Source of the DNA: Pocillopora damicornis
Lineage: Eukaryota
Reading direction: 5' to 3'
DNA length: 64,000 bases
Assembly (NCBI RefSeq): GCF_003704095.1
Contig: NW_020843367.1
Span: forward strand, 1 to 64,000
Positions 60,801-64,000 of the stretch are shown in pieces. Numbering within the stretch: position 1 is the stretch's first letter; each line of letters opens with the position of its first letter. The position numbers and the translations under genes are program-made. The notes under the pieces are model-generated. The model had not been told where the DNA came from, did not search any database, and saw only the letters and a list, made by a program, of their open reading frames with translations.

Positions 60801-62711
60801 TCATTCTTGTTTGTTCTTCATGTTTGATCCAGGGGTGTTTTGTGAGAAGAAATTAGATGCTAGTCACTTAAGGGTTACGGGTAATTTTTCTGAGGAAGGA
60901 AAGAAAGAAGAAGGAAAGAATTAAAAGGAGGAAAAATTCAAAGTCATCACAAGCAGCAGTGATTAGTGAAGGCTAATGACTAGAAGCCATCAGTAAACAG
61001 TAATTTGGGGAGTTTCATCTTCTGAGGTTTCACTTGATTATAAATCCAACCTGTCTCAATATTTTTGACTCATTGTGTGTGGCTTTTTCTCTAGATCCCC
61101 ACAAGCTGGGAATCCGTTGTCGTGTTAATGGTAACGTCATGCAAGACTCAAACACTGAAAATTTGGTGTTTAAGACAGAAGCACTGGTTTCTTTCATATC
61201 TAGGTAAGGAGTGCTAAATTAAAGAATACTGTGAGTTCTTTGGTATATCACATTCCTGCATCCATGCAATGTCCTGGTAAGAGCTTGGTGTTCTTGTTAC
61301 ACAAGCTATGGACAACTCAATTTGTCTCCACGAAGAATTGTTAAGCACAACTAAATTAAATGTCTATTAAGTATATAAAACTCTTTCAAGTTACCTAAAG
61401 GAAGCTACAGTGTGTTACTAACAACAAATTCTATAAGATGTGGTTATTAAAAAAATGCATCATTTCCATGTTCAGAGGAAAGGTAACTTTTTACTACAGT
61501 TGCTAGATACATGTGGATTAAAAGGTAATTCTCTCACAAGGATTGGACAAAGAGAAAGTCTAAGTCTACAGTGAAAATTCAAATCCTAGCCTTGCACTAG
61601 CTAGTTGCAAGCTCCACCATTGAGCATGTGTAAGCCATGTTCTTTGTCGACCTACAATTCTCAAAGGGCACTTTTAACATTGGTGATCTTAGCAATATGC
61701 AAAATGCTCTTGTGATGTGTTTTAGCCTGTTATATGATTTTCTTACTGATGAGCTTGACATGGCTAAGTGTTGTGGCATTAGCAATCACAAACTTGGGTC
61801 TAAAATCCTCAGAGGTCTCTTCATGCAGGCCTCACATAATATTTATTTATTCATTCTTCCCTCTTCACAAATGGACTTTGCATGATTTTCAGTTATTGTG
61901 AGAGGAAAAAAAGTTTTAATGTGAGTCACTGGGGAATGTATGGTTTAAACTAAAAATAGTTTGTAGAACTATAGATTTAATTTAATAAGCTTATATATAG
62001 GCATGAGTTTATTGACAATTTGTTATATGACTTGAATTTTAGATTTATTACCCTATCTCCTGGTGATGTAGTTATAACAGGTACTCCACCAGGTGTTGGC
62101 TGTTTCAGAAAACCTCCAGTATACCTCAAGGTTAGTAAAATAATGTTAATTGCTAAGTTAACAAGAAACACCCCAACACAACCCATGCTAGGCATTAAGC
62201 AGTCATTTGAAGGAAAAAGATGTACCAAGAACTATGCTACCTCAAGGGTTTGCAAGCAGAAGTGGAAAAGGTTCAGTCTTTCACCCTTCCTCAAAGTAAT
62301 CCTGGATTACTTTTGACACTTGATTGAATTTGCTTTAAGCCAAAACGGATGTAATCACAAAGCCAAACAGAAGTAAGGAAAGTATTGCTAGTAGCTGATA
62401 AGAACTCAGAGTACAAACAAATAAACTACTTTAAGTACAGAAAACACAAGTGGCAGAGGCACAACTAGTCTTAGCTATGAAGCTGATTGGTTGAGAGAGA
62501 TATGCGATTGTTGTGGGCCAATCAGAGAGCATTGTGAAGGAAAATCAATGCAGTCCATGATTACTTTTGATACTCAATTGAAAATTGCTCTAACAAGCAG
62601 TCATGTTAAGGTACCAGGCAACAAACTTTAATTTCACTTTCTTTACAGAGAGGTGATGTGGTGGAATGTGAAATTGATGAAATCGGATGTATCTCAAACA
62701 GAATTCAGTGA
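57880..62711 (+). CDS. FAHD2: Fumarylacetoacetate hydrolase domain-containing protein 2; exons 57880-58112, 59300-59516, 59973-60032, 60448-60610, 61095-61203, 62043-62130, 62649-62711
   Basis: [96 protein letters not shown]. Confidence 0.93.
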
Positions 62712-64000
62712 AGTGGCCTTGGCTAAAGAGTCTACACTAAACAGCTAGTCACATCTAGAAACCTTCAGTCATTATCAAGTCATTTCAAGCCATTCTGATC
62801 CAGGGAATATGCAAAAAAATACAGCAAATCGATATAACTTCTAAAGACTTTACTTACTTTTTCAAAATAAAAAAAAAACATGTAATCACAATCTAGGAGG
62901 AATTATAGTTTATATATTAATAAATACAAGGAGTATCTAATACACTGACGTGATTAACAATAGTTTAAATTAATTCTATTTTATCAATTGGAACACACTT
63001 GAGTATGTTAAGTTTTCACCAGACATGCTTTGCCTTTGTTTCAAAATGGTCTGTATACTTTAAGCTGAAAGTTTTACATGCATTCATGAAACTGGAAAAA
63101 ACATGAAATTAAGTGAGTGTTCACTAAAGTGGAAGTTTTAAAAACTATTTTGATAAATGCATTTGTGGTATTTTTCGCTTTGGTAAACGCTGAGAGGATA
63201 TCTCGTTTCCCTTAACAGCTCAGTTTCTTTCTCCTTCTGTCTATACTTTACCCTTTTACACCCCAAGATCAGTATCCATATTCTCCGTACCGTTCTCAAT
63301 ACATTCACTAAGGTGCCGACAAGGAGAGTTTTGTTTAACAATCAAGAGCTTTTCAGTTAGTGAGATTTTCTTTACTCTAACCAATAGCAGGACCAATGCG
63401 GCCAAGGCGTTGGCTGGGAAAAACCTGACGAAAAAAGAGGACACCATGTTGAAAAATGACGATCGAGGTAGAAACTAGACCCATGTCCCCACCCCCAGGA
63501 CGAGGCTGTATACATTTGAAAGACTCAAAAGTGACACGATACAAAGTGATTTGAATTTGAATTCGATGTATTTGATATCCCAAATACATTCAGTGTTACC
63601 GACGTAACGCCCTGAAGATGTCTCACTTCTGTATTGATTCCTGAGAAGTTAAATATGTTTGTGACATCAGTAAAGCGTCTTTTCCTAGTTTGACCGAGAG
63701 AAGGCAAATCACGACCCGCTCATCCCCACCCCTCATCCTCGGGTGGGGCTCTACTCCAGTCCGCAGGTATTTGGCCACACGTCGCTAAGAACTTTGTTTT
63801 CTTTTCCTTCCTGGTTACACTTCGTTTTGGAATCGTTGAGACCAAATGCCGCTAAAACACTTCGTTGCTAAGCGTCGACTCTCAGTTCGACCGGAGTGAT
63901 GTGCCCATCTCTTATTAATAAGAAAGGATTCAAACAGAGTATGATACTATGAACACTATGGGGAACTGGTAAATGTACTGTGCAGAATGTAATTAAAATA

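Overview
This window is AT-rich, intron-containing animal DNA, probably from a scleractinian coral (inferred from repeat families and gene structure), with five N gaps. Hand-splicing supports eight genes: AUP1, PSTK, ATP6V0E, an active-site-intact rhomboid protease, SLC49A3/MFSD7, SUPT7L, NOP56 and FAHD2. There is also an intronless multi-TM orphan ORF and a possible small secreted peptide gene. Four observations stand out. (1) A dispersed ~200-300 bp palindromic element carries minimal type-I hammerhead ribozyme cores (CUGANGA-stemII-GAAAC-NUH) in both arms, and a Penelope GIY-YIG fragment has its own hammerhead. (2) AUP1 is split across strands: exons 1-5 on minus and exons 6-15 on plus, with matching phase, either side of a 100-N gap; this is most likely a mis-oriented contig. 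(3) ATP6V0E has a textbook U12 minor-spliceosome intron. (4) Two head-to-head gene pairs have very compact promoters with CLEAR/E-box and YY1-like motifs. Coordinates were counted by hand and protein identities recognised from memory of the families; no searches were run.
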